Counted from the stretch's first letter, positions 10,901 to 21,256 are shown. The stretch is 64,000 nucleotides of DNA from Gemmatimonadota bacterium (GCA_963666735.1 OY762926.1:3912541-3976540), one strand, 5' to 3'. A program made the numbers and translations. The notes: generated by a model not told the origin, from the sequence alone.

Positions 10901-11166
10901 GCGATCGCGTAGGGTCCGCCGACCCGCATGCCCGGGATGTTGAAGCGGCCGTCCACGCGGGTGAGCGTCGAATACGACGTCCCGCTGGGGCCGTGCACCG
11001 CGGTGACCACGGCGCTGGCGAGCGGCGCGAGATCCTGCCCGGTCACGCGCCCGTTGACGGCGGCGGTCGTGACGCCCTGGGCGAGCGCCCCGCACGGCGC
11101 GAAGAGGCCGCCGAGCGCCGCAAGGGCGGCGAACGCCGCGGCTCGTGGGGAGAGGTTGTATTTCAT
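7963..11166 (-). CDS. TonB-dependent outer-membrane receptor with N-terminal carboxypeptidase-regulatory-like domain
   Basis: Signal peptide MKYNLSPRAAAFAALAALGG; CarboxypepD_reg-like segment; plug and barrel; C-terminal ARISF. The start was trimmed to the ATG at 11166 (MKYNLS) rather than the track's 11244. Confidence 0.8.
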   Translation of the reverse strand: MKYNLSPRAAAFAALAALGGLFAPCGALAQGVTTAAVNGRVTGQDLAPLASAVVTAVHGPSGTSYSTLTRVDGRFNIPGMRVGGPYAIAVSLIGFGDESADALVLALGENRRIDFVLGVEAVEVGEITVTAERGAILSSGRTGPQQTVTTREIENLPTIARSIQDFARLTPQALGTNIGSSENIGGISIGGKNNRFNNISVDGAILNDVFGLPASGTPGGQANSQPISLDAVQEFQVAIAPFDVRQGGFTGGSINVVTRSGTNDFDASGYAFGRNQGFTGNLDDNPLTDFSELQAGFRAGGPIQRDKIHFFTSGEIKQSSRPLALGLLGSSQTNTIDVDLGTINDIIDIANSAYNYNPGGFEESLQRETDDLKFFARLDFNLSDSNHLIVRHNHVNANSQRGISRHSGEIGLPGQGYSFDAVSNSTVIQLDSRLGASTANMFRLSYQRQRDARTPDFAIFPEVDIEPYDGESESVTMGIERFSQQNALDQDVFEITNDLTLFRGDHTFTFGTHNEFYSFSNLFIQDAFGQWEFDGENALDNFRNGMATRYRASISRLSDPFPRAAWSAMQFGLYGQDQIDLSDRLNITLGLRADIMAMPDAPLENPNFYAAFGRHTSDVPSGNVMWSPRLGFNAALDEDRRTQLRGGTGIFTGRNPFVWLSNQYSNTGMDFIRIDCATWRGCTPPPFTGDPTPVPVPGAEIATTEVDLTDTDFKFPQAWRTTIGIDRELRDGVVFTVEGIYTKNVNDILYQDLSIRPEGRTSDGRVLFADDPVDREFSPGVFLLDNTNQGRQIQFTTQLQKRFGGDFLPNMFGSLAYTWTDATDVNSGQSSRAISNFQYNEIGVDPNNPGEGTADFEIKHRIIASLSQRIEWSENVGTTITAFYEARAGRPFSWTYFGDANNDGRRFNDLAFVPGDADDAIFETDCRGCMDFAAWDAFVSDIPGLDEYRGGIVGRNSSREPWVRSLDLRIAQDVPLPGPGSRNIQVTLDFINVGNFLNSEWGRQRYTQFGTSTILSFRRYDSETGVPVVRFSPRDLDENGVLDIEDVYSIDNILSRWALQLGARISF

Positions 11167-11307
11167 GGCATGCTCCTGCTTGAAAGAGGACGAATCCGGG
11201 CTCGGTGCGCCCGGGATCAAGCTACCTAAAACCACGCGCAACATCGCGTTCGAATGTAACGACGGCCGGCGGTTTGCGTAACGGGTGCAGAGCGCCGAAC
11301 GGGCACG

Positions 11308-12552
11308 CTATTCGTACCTCAGCGACTCCACCGGATCGAGCCGGGCCGCCTTGCGGGCCGGGAGGATCCCCGCCACCAGACCGATGGCCATGAGGATCCC
11401 CGCGCACACCGCCGCGATGGGGACGGAGAGCTTCGGGTTCACGATGTATTGCATGGCCGGATCGTCGATCGGCATCGCATCGACGCCGGCCACGAGGAGC
11501 GCCGCGATGCCGAGCCCCGCGAGGCCCCCGCCGACGGCGATGAGGATCGCTTCGAAGAGGAACTGGCTCACGATGTGCCGTTTCCTCGCGCCGACGGCGA
11601 GCTTGACGCCGATCTCCCGCGTCCGCTCCCGCACCACGACGTACATGATGTTCGCGACTCCGACCCCGGCCACGATCAGCGTGAAGGCGCCCACCAGTCC
11701 AAGGAAAATCTGGATCCCGAGGCCGATCCGGCCCACGATCCTTTCGTCCTCGATGAAGTCCCAGATCGCAAGCGCCCGTTCGTCCGCCGCGGCGAAGCTG
11801 TACCGGCCGCCGAGCACCCGGTACAGCTCCTGCTTGGCGATGGCCGCGTCCTGCACGTCACGCGGCCGCAGAAGCAGGTGGTTCACGAAATCCTGCCCGT
11901 AGATGCTCCGGAACGTGGAGGCCGGGATCACGGCCCGGTCCTCGTCCGGCCCGTTGTTGCTCGAGTCCTGGAACTTCGACTCCATCACGCCGATCACGCG
12001 GAACGGAAGTCCGTCCAGCGTCACCGTGCGCCCCGCGGGCGGCGCATCGCCGAACAGGCGCTGGGCGATGCCGTCTCCGAGGAACAGTACGCGCCGCTTC
12101 TCGTCGATGTCGCGCTGGTTGATGAACCGGCCGCCCGGAGCGGGGAACATGCGCCGCAACTCGGAGAAGACAGGGTTCACGCCCTCCATGTAGGTCGTCG
12201 TCTGGTTCTCCCCCACCTTCAGGTACGTCCGGCCCCGGCCGTAGGAGGGACTGCCCATCTCGAACTCCGGCACCGCGCGCAGAAGCAGGTCGAGATCTTC
12301 CTCCCGCAGCCGGATTCGCCGTCCCTTCGACAGCCCTTCGTGCTCCACGCTCGTCTGGCCGCCGTAGACCATGAAGATGCGTTCGCCGGCGTTGAGCAGC
12401 CCCGCCGAGAACTGGTTCCGGAGCCCCTGTCCGAACGCGAGCAGGAGCACGATCGAGATCGTCCCCCACACCACGGCGAAGATCGTGAGGAAGGCGCGGG
12501 TCTTCTGGGCCCGCAGGTCGCCGAGGAACTCTTCGAGGAGGATCTTCCACAT
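11308..12552 (-). CDS. ABC transporter permease, MacB/FtsX family (MacB periplasmic core domain plus FtsX)
   Basis: N-terminal TM helix, periplasmic domain, three C-terminal TM helices, typical MacB-like pattern. Confidence 0.8.
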   Translation of the reverse strand: MWKILLEEFLGDLRAQKTRAFLTIFAVVWGTISIVLLLAFGQGLRNQFSAGLLNAGERIFMVYGGQTSVEHEGLSKGRRIRLREEDLDLLLRAVPEFEMGSPSYGRGRTYLKVGENQTTTYMEGVNPVFSELRRMFPAPGGRFINQRDIDEKRRVLFLGDGIAQRLFGDAPPAGRTVTLDGLPFRVIGVMESKFQDSSNNGPDEDRAVIPASTFRSIYGQDFVNHLLLRPRDVQDAAIAKQELYRVLGGRYSFAAADERALAIWDFIEDERIVGRIGLGIQIFLGLVGAFTLIVAGVGVANIMYVVVRERTREIGVKLAVGARKRHIVSQFLFEAILIAVGGGLAGLGIAALLVAGVDAMPIDDPAMQYIVNPKLSVPIAAVCAGILMAIGLVAGILPARKAARLDPVESLRYE

Positions 12553-12605
12553 GAGTCAGACCGTTGGCGGAGGGAGGGCCGCCGACCGCCCGTCGGCGAA
12601 CCCGG

Positions 12606-13838
12606 CTAGTCGCGCAGACATTCGACGGGGTCGAGCGCCGCGGCGCGGCGGGCGGGGAAGAACCCGGCCAGCATCGCGATGGACGCGAGCAGCGCCATGG
12701 TCACCGCGGCCACCTGCAGCGAGATCGCCGGCGTCCCGACGAACTCCTGCATCGGGACCAGCGACATGAGTTTCACGATTCCGAGGGAGACGACGACGCC
12801 GAGCGCCGCGCCCGCGACCACGATGAGCATGCTCTCGGTGAGGAACTGCCACATGATGGAGCGCCGGGTGGCGCCGAGCGAGCGCTTGATCCCGATCTCG
12901 TTCGTCCGCTCGCGCACCACGATGTACATGATGTTCGCGACCCCGATCCCGCCCACGCTGAGCGTGAAGCTGCCGACGATCGCGAAGAAGATCTTGAACC
13001 CGAGGAAGAGGAACCCGAACATCCGTTCCCACCCGGCCGTGTCCCACACGCCCAGCGCGTCGTCATCCCCGGGGTTGAAGCGGTATTTCGCTCCAAGGAC
13101 CTCGTAGACCCGCGCCTCCACGGCCTCCGTCCGCGCCGCGTCCGCGGTCCGGTAGACGAGGTTGGAGACGAAGCGCGAGCCGAACAGGGCCGCGTGCGTG
13201 CCGGCCGGGATGAACACGCGGTCTTCGTCCCGCGAGTTGTACGACGAGTTCTGGATCTTTGGCTGGAGCACGCCGATCACGGTGAAGGGCGAATCGCCGA
13301 TCCGAACCTGCTCGCCGACGGGGTCCGCGTCCCCGAACAGGACGCGGGCGACTTCGTCGCCGAGAAACACGACGCGTCGCCGCTCCCGCTGGTCCCGCTC
13401 GTTGATGAAGCGGCCGCCCGGGAGCGGAAAGATGTTCCGCATCTCGCCGTAGATGGGGTAGATGCCGGTGATGTTCGGGTTCACTCCGTTGCGGCCGTAG
13501 CGGACGGGCGCCGCCCGCGTGGAGTACTCCGGGCTGATCATCGTGATGTCGGGGATCCGCCGGGCGAGAGTCTCCGCGTCCGCCTCCCGCAGCCGGATCG
13601 ACCGCCCCTCCCGGAACCCGGCGTGAGGCATCGTCGTGCGTCCGCCGAAGAGGATGACGATCCGGTCGCCCAGCCCGTGAAACCGCTTGATCGTCTGCCG
13701 CTCGAGCCCGACGGAGAAGGCGAGCAGCACGACGACGGCCACGGTGCCCCAGGTGATGCCGAGCACCGTGAGCGTGGTCCTGACGCGCTGGGCCGACAGA
13801 TCGGCCCACAACTGCCGTGCGGCGTCGAGCAATCTCAC
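12606..13838 (-). CDS. ABC transporter permease, MacB/FtsX family (paralog)
   Basis: Same architecture as the adjacent permease. Confidence 0.8.
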   Translation of the reverse strand: MRLLDAARQLWADLSAQRVRTTLTVLGITWGTVAVVVLLAFSVGLERQTIKRFHGLGDRIVILFGGRTTMPHAGFREGRSIRLREADAETLARRIPDITMISPEYSTRAAPVRYGRNGVNPNITGIYPIYGEMRNIFPLPGGRFINERDQRERRRVVFLGDEVARVLFGDADPVGEQVRIGDSPFTVIGVLQPKIQNSSYNSRDEDRVFIPAGTHAALFGSRFVSNLVYRTADAARTEAVEARVYEVLGAKYRFNPGDDDALGVWDTAGWERMFGFLFLGFKIFFAIVGSFTLSVGGIGVANIMYIVVRERTNEIGIKRSLGATRRSIMWQFLTESMLIVVAGAALGVVVSLGIVKLMSLVPMQEFVGTPAISLQVAAVTMALLASIAMLAGFFPARRAAALDPVECLRD

Positions 13839-13871
13839 CGGTCGCCGGCCTCGCCCGCCGTCACTCGGCGG

Positions 13872-14978
13872 CTACGTGATCTCGCGTCGCGGGGGCTCCA
13901 GCACGCGCTCGCCCTCCGCCAGTCCGTCCAGCACCTCGACGCTGATGCCGTCGCTCAGTCCGGTGCGGATCTCGCGTTCCTCCGTCTCCTCGGGTCCCAG
14001 CCGAACCGTGACGAGCGTGCGCTCGTCCTCGAACCGGACCAGGCGCTCCGGGATGACCAGCACGTCCGAACGGCGCTCGATGATCACGTGCGCGTTGGCG
14101 GAATAACCCGCCCGCAGCGCCGCGCCGTCCACCGGAACCACCGCGATCTCGACCGGGAAGAGCGTCGCGTTCTCCTCGTCGCGGCCCTTGAGCGAGATCT
14201 TCGTCAGCCGGCCCTCGATGCGCGCGTCCGGGAGCGCGCCGATCGTGATCTCCACCGGCATGCCCTCGGTCAGCCGCCCCACGTCGATCTCATCCACCGT
14301 GCCGCGGAAGAGCAGTTCGTCCATCTCCGCCATCGTCATGAGGGCGGTCCCTTCCTGGAACGTCGTCAGCGGGACGACGGGATCGCCGATCTCGACCATC
14401 TTCTCGAGGATGAAGCCCTGGATCGGGGAGGTGATGACCGTCTCGACGGCTTCGTCGCCGATGGTCACGCGGCCCTCGGAGAGGAGGGCCAGCCGTTCCG
14501 TCGCGATCTGGACCTGGAGCGAAGCTTCGTCGAACTGCCGGGCCACGGTCTCGTACTCCTCCTCGGACACGAAGCCGCGGCCGCGCAGCGCGGAGAGCCG
14601 GTCGCGCTGTCTCACGAGTTGCTGGAGTTCGATGTCCCGGAGTTCCACGTTGCGCCGGGCCTCGACGAGCTCGATCGGGGTGGGGTTGGGCTGGACCTCG
14701 ACGAGGGGCTGGCCCCGCCGGACGTACTCGCCGGGCTCCTTGAACATCCGCCGCACGACGCCCGCGAGCTGCGACTTCACGCTCACTTCCACCAGCGGCT
14801 CGATGCGTCCCACGGCGAGCGCCCGGTCCACGATCTCGCCGCGCTCCACGGCCACGGTGCCGGTCTCGCCATCTTCGCTGCCCCCGGCGCTCGATACCGC
14901 GAACGCCGTCGCTCCGAGCCCGCCGATCACCACCGTGCAGGCCAGTATCTTCGTGCCTCGCTTCATGCGAACCCGCAC
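13872..14978 (-). CDS. efflux periplasmic adaptor subunit (MacA/HlyD family)
   Basis: Signal/TM N-terminus, coiled-coil hairpin (NVELRDIELQQLVRQRDRLSALRGRGFVSEEEYE), beta-barrel and MP domains. Confidence 0.8.
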   Translation of the reverse strand: MRVRMKRGTKILACTVVIGGLGATAFAVSSAGGSEDGETGTVAVERGEIVDRALAVGRIEPLVEVSVKSQLAGVVRRMFKEPGEYVRRGQPLVEVQPNPTPIELVEARRNVELRDIELQQLVRQRDRLSALRGRGFVSEEEYETVARQFDEASLQVQIATERLALLSEGRVTIGDEAVETVITSPIQGFILEKMVEIGDPVVPLTTFQEGTALMTMAEMDELLFRGTVDEIDVGRLTEGMPVEITIGALPDARIEGRLTKISLKGRDEENATLFPVEIAVVPVDGAALRAGYSANAHVIIERRSDVLVIPERLVRFEDERTLVTVRLGPEETEEREIRTGLSDGISVEVLDGLAEGERVLEPPRREIT

Positions 14979-15003
14979 TCCTCCGCCGGGAATGAAACAC
15001 GTC

Positions 15004-15038
15004 GGCCGTCCGCCCCGCCGGCCGCGGGGCGGACGGCC
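15004..15038. terminator. palindromic hairpin (14-bp perfect stem) downstream of the pur/5'-nucleotidase operon
   Basis: GGCCGTCCGCCCCG ccggccg CGGGGCGGACGGCC; on the minus strand it is followed by a U-containing stretch. Confidence 0.45.
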
Positions 15039-15051
15039 CTACGCGTGGGCC

Positions 15052-16695
15052 CTACGGAGAGCGACCGGCGTCGGGTTTCGCGGGAGACTCGATCCAGCGG
15101 GGGGCGCGGGGGATGGGGAAGGGTTGGGGCTGTGCCTCCAGATAGGCGACGAGCGCCTCCAGGTCGGCGACTTCCATGGGGTCGATGACTTCGGCTTCGG
15201 CGAATGTGGTGTAGCCGCCGCCCCCGGTCGCGATGAAGTCGTTGGCCGTGACCAGATAGCGGCCCTCGGGCCTGAGCGGCGATCCATCGCCCAGCGTCAC
15301 GTCGAGAATCCGCTCGCCATCGGGCGCGGCCGGGTCGTAGCGGACGACGATGCCGCTCGCGTGCAGGTCCACCTCCCCGTCGCGCACGGAGTATTCGAGC
15401 GTCCGCAAGAGCTGCGCGCCGGTCATCGTGTGGCGGACCAGCATGTTGTTGAAGGGTTGGAGTTCGAAGAGGTCGGCGAAGGTGACCGGCCCCACCGGGA
15501 GGGACCGGCGGATGCCGCCGTTGTTCATGAGGGCGACATCGGACCCGCTCGCGTGCCGCTGCGCGTCGGCCACGATGCGGCCGAGCGGGAAGTCGCCGTC
15601 TCGCGGGGCGGGAAGCGCCTCGGGGAGGTCCACGATGACGCGGTCGACGAGGGCCGCGATTTCCGCGCTGTAGGAGGCGACGAGCCGCTCGACGTCCGGA
15701 TCCGGCGCGATCTCGTCCGCCCACACCTGTCGAATGCCGAGGCGGTGCGCGCTTACGGTCCCGTTCGCGCTCCGGTCGATGCGTCCGAGGCCGTACGCCG
15801 TCGTGTTCGCGTACGACTGGATGACGGGGACGCTCCGAACCTCCGTCTCCACGCGCGAGTGCGTATGTCCCGTGACCGCGTAGTCGAAGCGTTCCGTCGT
15901 CGCGGCCAGCGCGTCCAGGGCCGAGCCCTCGCACGCGGCGCCCGGAGCGTTCCCCGCCGCAGCGTTCCCCCCCGGAGCGTTCCCCGCACCGTCGTCGCAG
16001 AAGGCGCCTTCGTGCATCACCGCGACGACGAAGTCCGCGCCGGCCGTCCGCACCTCCGGGATGTAGCGGTCGAGCGCGTCGGAGATCGGCCGGAAGTCGA
16101 AGTCCGCCACGAGCGAGGGCCGGGCGACGACCGGCGTGGACGGCGTCGTCAGGCCGATGAAGCCGACCCGGATGCCGTCCCTCTCGATGATCGTCCAGGG
16201 CCGGACCCACTCGGGGTGCCGGCCGGTGTCCCTGAGGTAGATGTTCGCGCCGAGCATGGCGAAGTCCGCATCGGCCACGCGCTCCACGAGGACGTCGACT
16301 CCCCAGTCGAACTCGTGGTTCCCGATCGCGGCGGCGTCGTAGCCGATCCCGTTCATCGCTTCGATCGTCGAGCGCCCGTCCGTGAAGTTCGAGATCGGCG
16401 TGCCCTGCATGATGTCACCGCCGGAGACGACGAAGAGGGGGCACTCGGGCGTCGCGGAGCGCTCCCGCGCCACGTAGGCGGCGAGCGCGGCGGATCCGCC
16501 GACGGGGCGTCCGTCCGACCAGCTCTGTTCCGCCGGCAGCAGCCGTCCGTGCGTGTCGTTCGTGGAGAAGATCAGCGCGCAGGCCTCCGGGTCCGCGGGA
16601 GCGCACGCCGCCGCCGCCGCGATGACGGCGCAGAGCAGAGCGGGGAGGTAAGCGGGGAGAGCCGACCGGCAACGGGTGGCGGAGTGACGCGGCAT
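15052..16695 (-). CDS. bifunctional metallophosphatase/5'-nucleotidase (UshA-like), secreted
   Basis: Signal peptide; NDTHGRL and GNHEFD calcineurin-like motifs; C-terminal 5'-nucleotidase domain. The ATG at 16695 overlaps the purF stop (TGATG). The track ORF 15052..18066 is an over-extension. Confidence 0.8.
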   Translation of the reverse strand: MPRHSATRCRSALPAYLPALLCAVIAAAAACAPADPEACALIFSTNDTHGRLLPAEQSWSDGRPVGGSAALAAYVARERSATPECPLFVVSGGDIMQGTPISNFTDGRSTIEAMNGIGYDAAAIGNHEFDWGVDVLVERVADADFAMLGANIYLRDTGRHPEWVRPWTIIERDGIRVGFIGLTTPSTPVVARPSLVADFDFRPISDALDRYIPEVRTAGADFVVAVMHEGAFCDDGAGNAPGGNAAAGNAPGAACEGSALDALAATTERFDYAVTGHTHSRVETEVRSVPVIQSYANTTAYGLGRIDRSANGTVSAHRLGIRQVWADEIAPDPDVERLVASYSAEIAALVDRVIVDLPEALPAPRDGDFPLGRIVADAQRHASGSDVALMNNGGIRRSLPVGPVTFADLFELQPFNNMLVRHTMTGAQLLRTLEYSVRDGEVDLHASGIVVRYDPAAPDGERILDVTLGDGSPLRPEGRYLVTANDFIATGGGGYTTFAEAEVIDPMEVADLEALVAYLEAQPQPFPIPRAPRWIESPAKPDAGRSP

Positions 16696-18164
16696 CAGAC
16701 CGTCTGCAACGACTTCAATCGGTCCATGTCCACGAGCGGCGCGGCGTAGTTGCCGGTCCAGCAGGCGTCGCAGAAGGGCCCGTGATCCGCGACCGCGTCG
16801 CGCATGCCCTCCATGCTGAGATAGCCGAGCGAGTCGACCTTCAGATGTTGCCGGATCTCCTCGACCGTATGGGTAGAGCCGATGAGTTCCTCTTTCGTGG
16901 GCATGTCGATGCCGTAGTAGCAGGGGGAACGCACGGGCGGGGAAGCGACCCGGAAATGGACCTCCCGCGCCCCCGAGTCCCGCAGGAGCCGGACGAGGCC
17001 GCTGCTCGTCGTGCCCCGGACGAGCGAGTCGTCCACGACGATGATGCGCTTGCCGTCGACGAGTTCGCGCACGGGGTTGTACTTCACCCGCACCTTGAAA
17101 TCGCGCCCCGTCTGCGTCGGATGGATGAAGGTCCGGCCCACGTAGTGGTTGCGGATGAGCGCGAGTTCGAACGGGAGGCCGCTGACCTCCGAGTACCCGA
17201 GCGCCGCCGAGTTCGACGAGTCCGGCACCGCGAACACGCAATCGGCGTCGGCCGGGTGCTCGCGGGCGAGCTGGCGCCCGAACGCCCGCCGCGCCTCGTC
17301 CACGCTGCACCCCCACACGCGCGAATCGGGACGCGCGAAGTACACCAGTTCGAACAGACAGGCGCTGGGCTCGGCGGGGGGCAGCGGCCGGAGCGATTCC
17401 ACGTGGCCATCGCGGACCTTCAGCACTTCGCCCGGCTCCACGTCGCGCACGTAGGCGGCCCCGATGATGTCGAGGGCGCACGTTTCGGATGCGAAGACGA
17501 CGGCTTCGCCCCGCCTGCCCATGACCATGGGCCGGAAGCCGCGCGCATCGCGCGTGGCGTACACCGTGTCGCCGATGCAGAGGAGGAGGGAGAAGGCGCC
17601 GACGAGCTGCGAGAGCGCGTCGTCGATCTTGCCGTCGAGGTCGCGGTGCCGGGAGCGGGCGATGAGGTGGACGACGACCTCCGAGTCCGCATCGGTCTGG
17701 AAGATCGATCCGTCGCGCGCGAGCGAGCGCTTGAGCTGGTGCGCGTTCGTGAGATTGCCGTTGTGCGCGAGCGCGAGCGGCTTGTCCTCGTACTGCACGA
17801 GCAGCGGCTGCGCGTTGCGGAGGCTGGATCCTCCCGCCGTCGAATAGCGGACGTGCCCGATGGAGAGCGACCCCTCGAGGGCGCCGAGCACCTCGTCGTC
17901 GAAGACGTCCGCCACGAGGCCCATGCCCTTGTGGACCCTCGACCTGCCGGACCCGTCGACCGTGACGATCCCGGCGGACTCCTGCCCCCGGTGCTGCAGC
18001 GCGTACATGGAGAGAAACGCGAGTTCGGCGGCGGCGCCCGAGCCGCTGACCGCCACGATGCCGCACTCCTCCCGCGGCTTGTCCAGCTCGAACGCTCCGT
18101 CCGCCGCTCCGTCCGCCGCTCCGTCCGCCGCGCCCGCGGCGCCATTCGCCGGGAGTTTCCTCAT
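16695..18164 (-). CDS. purF: amidophosphoribosyltransferase PurF with a 33-aa N-terminal propeptide containing an (AADG)n repeat
   Basis: Catalytic CGIVAV after the propeptide; PRPP-binding motif; the start at ATG 18164 overlaps the purL stop. Confidence 0.9.
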   Translation of the reverse strand: MRKLPANGAAGAADGAADGAADGAFELDKPREECGIVAVSGSGAAAELAFLSMYALQHRGQESAGIVTVDGSGRSRVHKGMGLVADVFDDEVLGALEGSLSIGHVRYSTAGGSSLRNAQPLLVQYEDKPLALAHNGNLTNAHQLKRSLARDGSIFQTDADSEVVVHLIARSRHRDLDGKIDDALSQLVGAFSLLLCIGDTVYATRDARGFRPMVMGRRGEAVVFASETCALDIIGAAYVRDVEPGEVLKVRDGHVESLRPLPPAEPSACLFELVYFARPDSRVWGCSVDEARRAFGRQLAREHPADADCVFAVPDSSNSAALGYSEVSGLPFELALIRNHYVGRTFIHPTQTGRDFKVRVKYNPVRELVDGKRIIVVDDSLVRGTTSSGLVRLLRDSGAREVHFRVASPPVRSPCYYGIDMPTKEELIGSTHTVEEIRQHLKVDSLGYLSMEGMRDAVADHGPFCDACWTGNYAAPLVDMDRLKSLQTV

Positions 18165-20467
18165 GACGTGATTCCCGCCTCCTCGCTCATGCGGCGCGGG
18201 ATCGCCTCTTCGTAGATCCGCGCCAGTTCGGCGGCCGGCGGGGCGATCGCGTGGCCGGCGCCGGTCAGCCGGCACGGGCTGTCCGGCCCGTCCACGGCGC
18301 CCACGCGCGCCACGGGCACGCCGTGATGCCGCCCGTGCGCGACGATCCGCTCGCCCTCGCCGGGCCGGCACGTCAGCACGACGCGCGAGTGCGATTCGCC
18401 GAACCAGCGTCCCGCGGCCGACACGTTCGCCCCGGCGGGCGCCGCGTCGAGATCGACCGTGCAGCCGAGCGGCCCGCCCGCTGCCCGCACCGCGCACTCC
18501 GCAAGCGCGACGGCCAGCCCGCCGTCCGAGCCATCGTGCGCGGACGCGAACGCCCCGTCCGCCGCTCCCGCGACGAGAAGGTCGACGAGGGCCGCCGCCT
18601 CTTTCAGGTCCAGCGCGGGCGGCAGGCCCGCGACGACGCCGTGGCAGGCGGCGAGATACTCGGACCCTCCGATCTCATCGCGGGTGAGGCCCGCGACCCA
18701 GATCTCGTCCCCTTCGCGCTGGAACGCCGAGGGGACGCGCCGTTCGAGGTCCTCGATCACGCCCAGCATGCCGATGACCGGCGTGGGATAGACCGGCTGG
18801 CCCCCGGTCTCGTTGTAAAGCGAGACGTTGCCGCCCGTGACCGGCGTGCGCAGCGCGCGGCACGCCTCTCCCATCCCCTCGACGGCCCCGGCGAGCTGGA
18901 AGTACACCTCCGGCCGCAGCGGGCTGCCGAAGTTCAGGCAGTTCGTCACGGCGAGCGGGCGCGCCCCGGAGCAGGCCACGTTGCGCGCCGCCTCGGCGAC
19001 CGCCGCCCGGCCCCCGGTTTGCGGGTCGAGCCACGTGTGCCGCCCGTTCCCGTCCGTGGAGGCCGCGAGCGCGCGCCCCTCCGCGGGCAGCCGCAGCACG
19101 GCCGCGTCGGATCCCGGCCCCTCTAGCGTGTTCGTCTGCACCGTGGTGTCGTACTGCTCGTAGATCCAGCGCCGCGAGGCGATGGAAGGGGCGTCGAGCA
19201 GCGTCCGCAGCGCCGCGTCCACGTCCCGGTCCGCATCGAAGGAAGCGTATGCGGCGAGGTCCGCGGACCGGGCTTCGGCCACGGCCGGGCTCATGACGCC
19301 CTCGCGCACGTACGTCGGACAATCGTCCACCAGCGGCTTCACCGGGATCTCGACGCGAACGACGCCGTCTTCGCGCACCCGGAACATCCCGTCGTCCGTC
19401 ACCCGCCCGATCGTCGCCGCCTGCAGGTCCCAGCGCTCGAGCACCTCGCGCACGGCCTCCTCGTGTTCGGGCTTCGCGACGAGGAGCATCCGCTCCTGCG
19501 ACTCCGAGAGCAGCATCTCGTACGGCGTCATCCCCTCCTCCCGGACGGGGAGGTACGCCACGTCGATATCGATGCCGGAACCCGAGCGCGCCGCCATCTC
19601 CGTCCCGCTCGAGGTCAGGCCCGCCGCCCCCATGTCCTGGATGCCGACCAGGAGGTCCCGTTCGATGAGCTCGAGGCTCGCCTCGAGGAGGAGCTTCTCG
19701 GTGAACGGGTCGCCCACCTGCACCTGCGGGCGGCTGTCCAGCGCCTCTTCGTCGAGTTCCTCCGATGCGAAGGTCGCCCCGTGGATCCCGTCCCGCCCCG
19801 TGCGGGCGCCGACCGCCATCACCGGATTGCCGACGCCTTCCGCCTCCCCCCGGATAAGGCGCTCGAGCGGGAGGACCCCGATGCACATCACGTTGATGAG
19901 CGGGTTTCTCTCGTAGGCCGGGTCGAAGATCGCCTCGCCTCCCACCGTGGGTACGCCGACGCAGTTCCCGTAGTCGCCCACGCCGCGCACGACCCCATCG
20001 AAGAGGTAGCGCGATTGCGGGGAGTCGAGCGATCCGAAGTGGAGGCTGTCGAAGATGGCGATCGGCCGCGCTCCCATCGTGAACACGTCGCGCAGGATCC
20101 CGCCCGATCCCGTCGCCGCGCCCTGGTAGGGTTCGACGGCCGAGGGATGGTTGTGGGACTCGATCTTGAACGCGACGCCCCAGCCGCCGCCCACGTCGAT
20201 GACGCCGGCGTTCTCCCCCGGACCCTGAACGACGGCGGCGCTGTCCGTGGGCAGTGTGCGGAGCAGGGGCCGCGAGTTCTTGTACCCGCAGTGCTCCGAC
20301 CACATGGCGCTGAACACGCCGAGTTCCGTGAAGGTGGGTTCCCGCCCCATGAAACCGAGGATCTGCTCCCACTCCTCCGGACTCAGCCCGTGCTCCGCCA
20401 CGAGCGCGGCGCTCATGACGGGGTCGCCCGGCCGGGCCTCGACGCGTTCGAGCGAGGTCCGGGTCAT
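18161..20467 (-). CDS. purL: phosphoribosylformylglycinamidine synthase subunit PurL
   Basis: ORF track protein with typical PurL N-terminus and AIR-synthase-like domains. Confidence 0.9.
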   Translation of the reverse strand: MTRTSLERVEARPGDPVMSAALVAEHGLSPEEWEQILGFMGREPTFTELGVFSAMWSEHCGYKNSRPLLRTLPTDSAAVVQGPGENAGVIDVGGGWGVAFKIESHNHPSAVEPYQGAATGSGGILRDVFTMGARPIAIFDSLHFGSLDSPQSRYLFDGVVRGVGDYGNCVGVPTVGGEAIFDPAYERNPLINVMCIGVLPLERLIRGEAEGVGNPVMAVGARTGRDGIHGATFASEELDEEALDSRPQVQVGDPFTEKLLLEASLELIERDLLVGIQDMGAAGLTSSGTEMAARSGSGIDIDVAYLPVREEGMTPYEMLLSESQERMLLVAKPEHEEAVREVLERWDLQAATIGRVTDDGMFRVREDGVVRVEIPVKPLVDDCPTYVREGVMSPAVAEARSADLAAYASFDADRDVDAALRTLLDAPSIASRRWIYEQYDTTVQTNTLEGPGSDAAVLRLPAEGRALAASTDGNGRHTWLDPQTGGRAAVAEAARNVACSGARPLAVTNCLNFGSPLRPEVYFQLAGAVEGMGEACRALRTPVTGGNVSLYNETGGQPVYPTPVIGMLGVIEDLERRVPSAFQREGDEIWVAGLTRDEIGGSEYLAACHGVVAGLPPALDLKEAAALVDLLVAGAADGAFASAHDGSDGGLAVALAECAVRAAGGPLGCTVDLDAAPAGANVSAAGRWFGESHSRVVLTCRPGEGERIVAHGRHHGVPVARVGAVDGPDSPCRLTGAGHAIAPPAAELARIYEEAIPRRMSEEAGITS

Positions 20468-21252
20468 GACGACACCCCCGCCCCCGCCACGGCTCCGGCG
20501 GCGAATGCCCGGGTCTCCGGCGGTGGTTGGTCGCTTCGACGCCCCCTCCCGCGGGAGACGGCCGCGAGCAGCGACCGGAACACGGCGAGTCCGTCCGTGT
20601 TGCCGAGGACCGACAGCGAATGTCGCTCCGGGTGCGGCATGAGCCCCAGGACGTTCCCCGCCGCGTTCATGATCCCCGCGATGTTGCGCGCCGAGCCGTT
20701 GGGATTCGCCGCGTCCGTCGCCTGTCCGCGCCGGTCGACATAGCGGAACACCACCCGGTTCTCCGCCTCGAGTTCGTCGAGCGTCGGGGCTTCCGCGACG
20801 AACTGGCCTTCGCCGTGCGCGATCGGGATGCGGAGCAGGTCGCCCTCGGCGTAGGCCGATGTGAACGGCGTCCCGGCGTTCTCCACGCGGAGCCCGACGT
20901 CATGGCAGCGGAAGCGCAGGTTCCGGTTCCGGACGAGGGCCCCCGGCAGGAGGTGCGCCTCGCACAGCACCTGGAATCCGTTGCAGATCCCGAGCGTGAG
21001 CCCTCCGGCGCGCGCAAAGTCGATCACTTCGCCCATGATCGGGCTGAAGCGGGCGATCGCTCCCGCCCTCAGGTAGTCCCCGTAGGAGAACCCGCCCGGC
21101 AGCACGACGACATCCACGCCCTCGAGGTCCGTGGACTTGTGCCACAGGTAGGTGGCGCGCTCTCCCAGCCCCTCCGTCACGGCCCGGTACACGTCCGCGT
21201 CGCAGTTCGAGCCCGGGAACCGCACGATGCCTACGTTCATCCCCGCCTTCAT
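20464..21252 (-). CDS. purQ: phosphoribosylformylglycinamidine synthase subunit PurQ (glutaminase)
   Basis: [11 protein letters not shown] and GICNGFQ motifs. Confidence 0.9.
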   Translation of the reverse strand: MKAGMNVGIVRFPGSNCDADVYRAVTEGLGERATYLWHKSTDLEGVDVVVLPGGFSYGDYLRAGAIARFSPIMGEVIDFARAGGLTLGICNGFQVLCEAHLLPGALVRNRNLRFRCHDVGLRVENAGTPFTSAYAEGDLLRIPIAHGEGQFVAEAPTLDELEAENRVVFRYVDRRGQATDAANPNGSARNIAGIMNAAGNVLGLMPHPERHSLSVLGNTDGLAVFRSLLAAVSRGRGRRSDQPPPETRAFAAGAVAGAGVSS

Positions 21253-21256
21253 CCGT

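Noticed and set aside
7462-11229. Long plus-strand track ORFs (7462..9504, 9628..11229) opposite the TonB-dependent receptor
   Set aside because: They are antisense high-GC artefacts; the minus-strand frame has clear receptor domains and a signal peptide.
11449-16749. Track ORFs 11449..12609, 12564..15188 and 14188..16749 (+) and 14963..16210 (-) overlapping the permease, MacA and 5'-nucleotidase genes
   Set aside because: No recognisable domains and low-complexity R/G/P/D composition; the opposing frames encode well-defined proteins.
15052-18066. 1004-aa minus-strand track ORF
   Set aside because: Only the C-terminal 547 aa (from ATG 16695) form the 5'-nucleotidase. The upstream part overlaps purF in another frame.
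18251-20743. Plus-strand track ORFs opposite purL and purQ
   Set aside because: They are high-GC antisense artefacts; the minus-strand frames carry the purL/purQ signatures and the operon-wide ATGA coupling.
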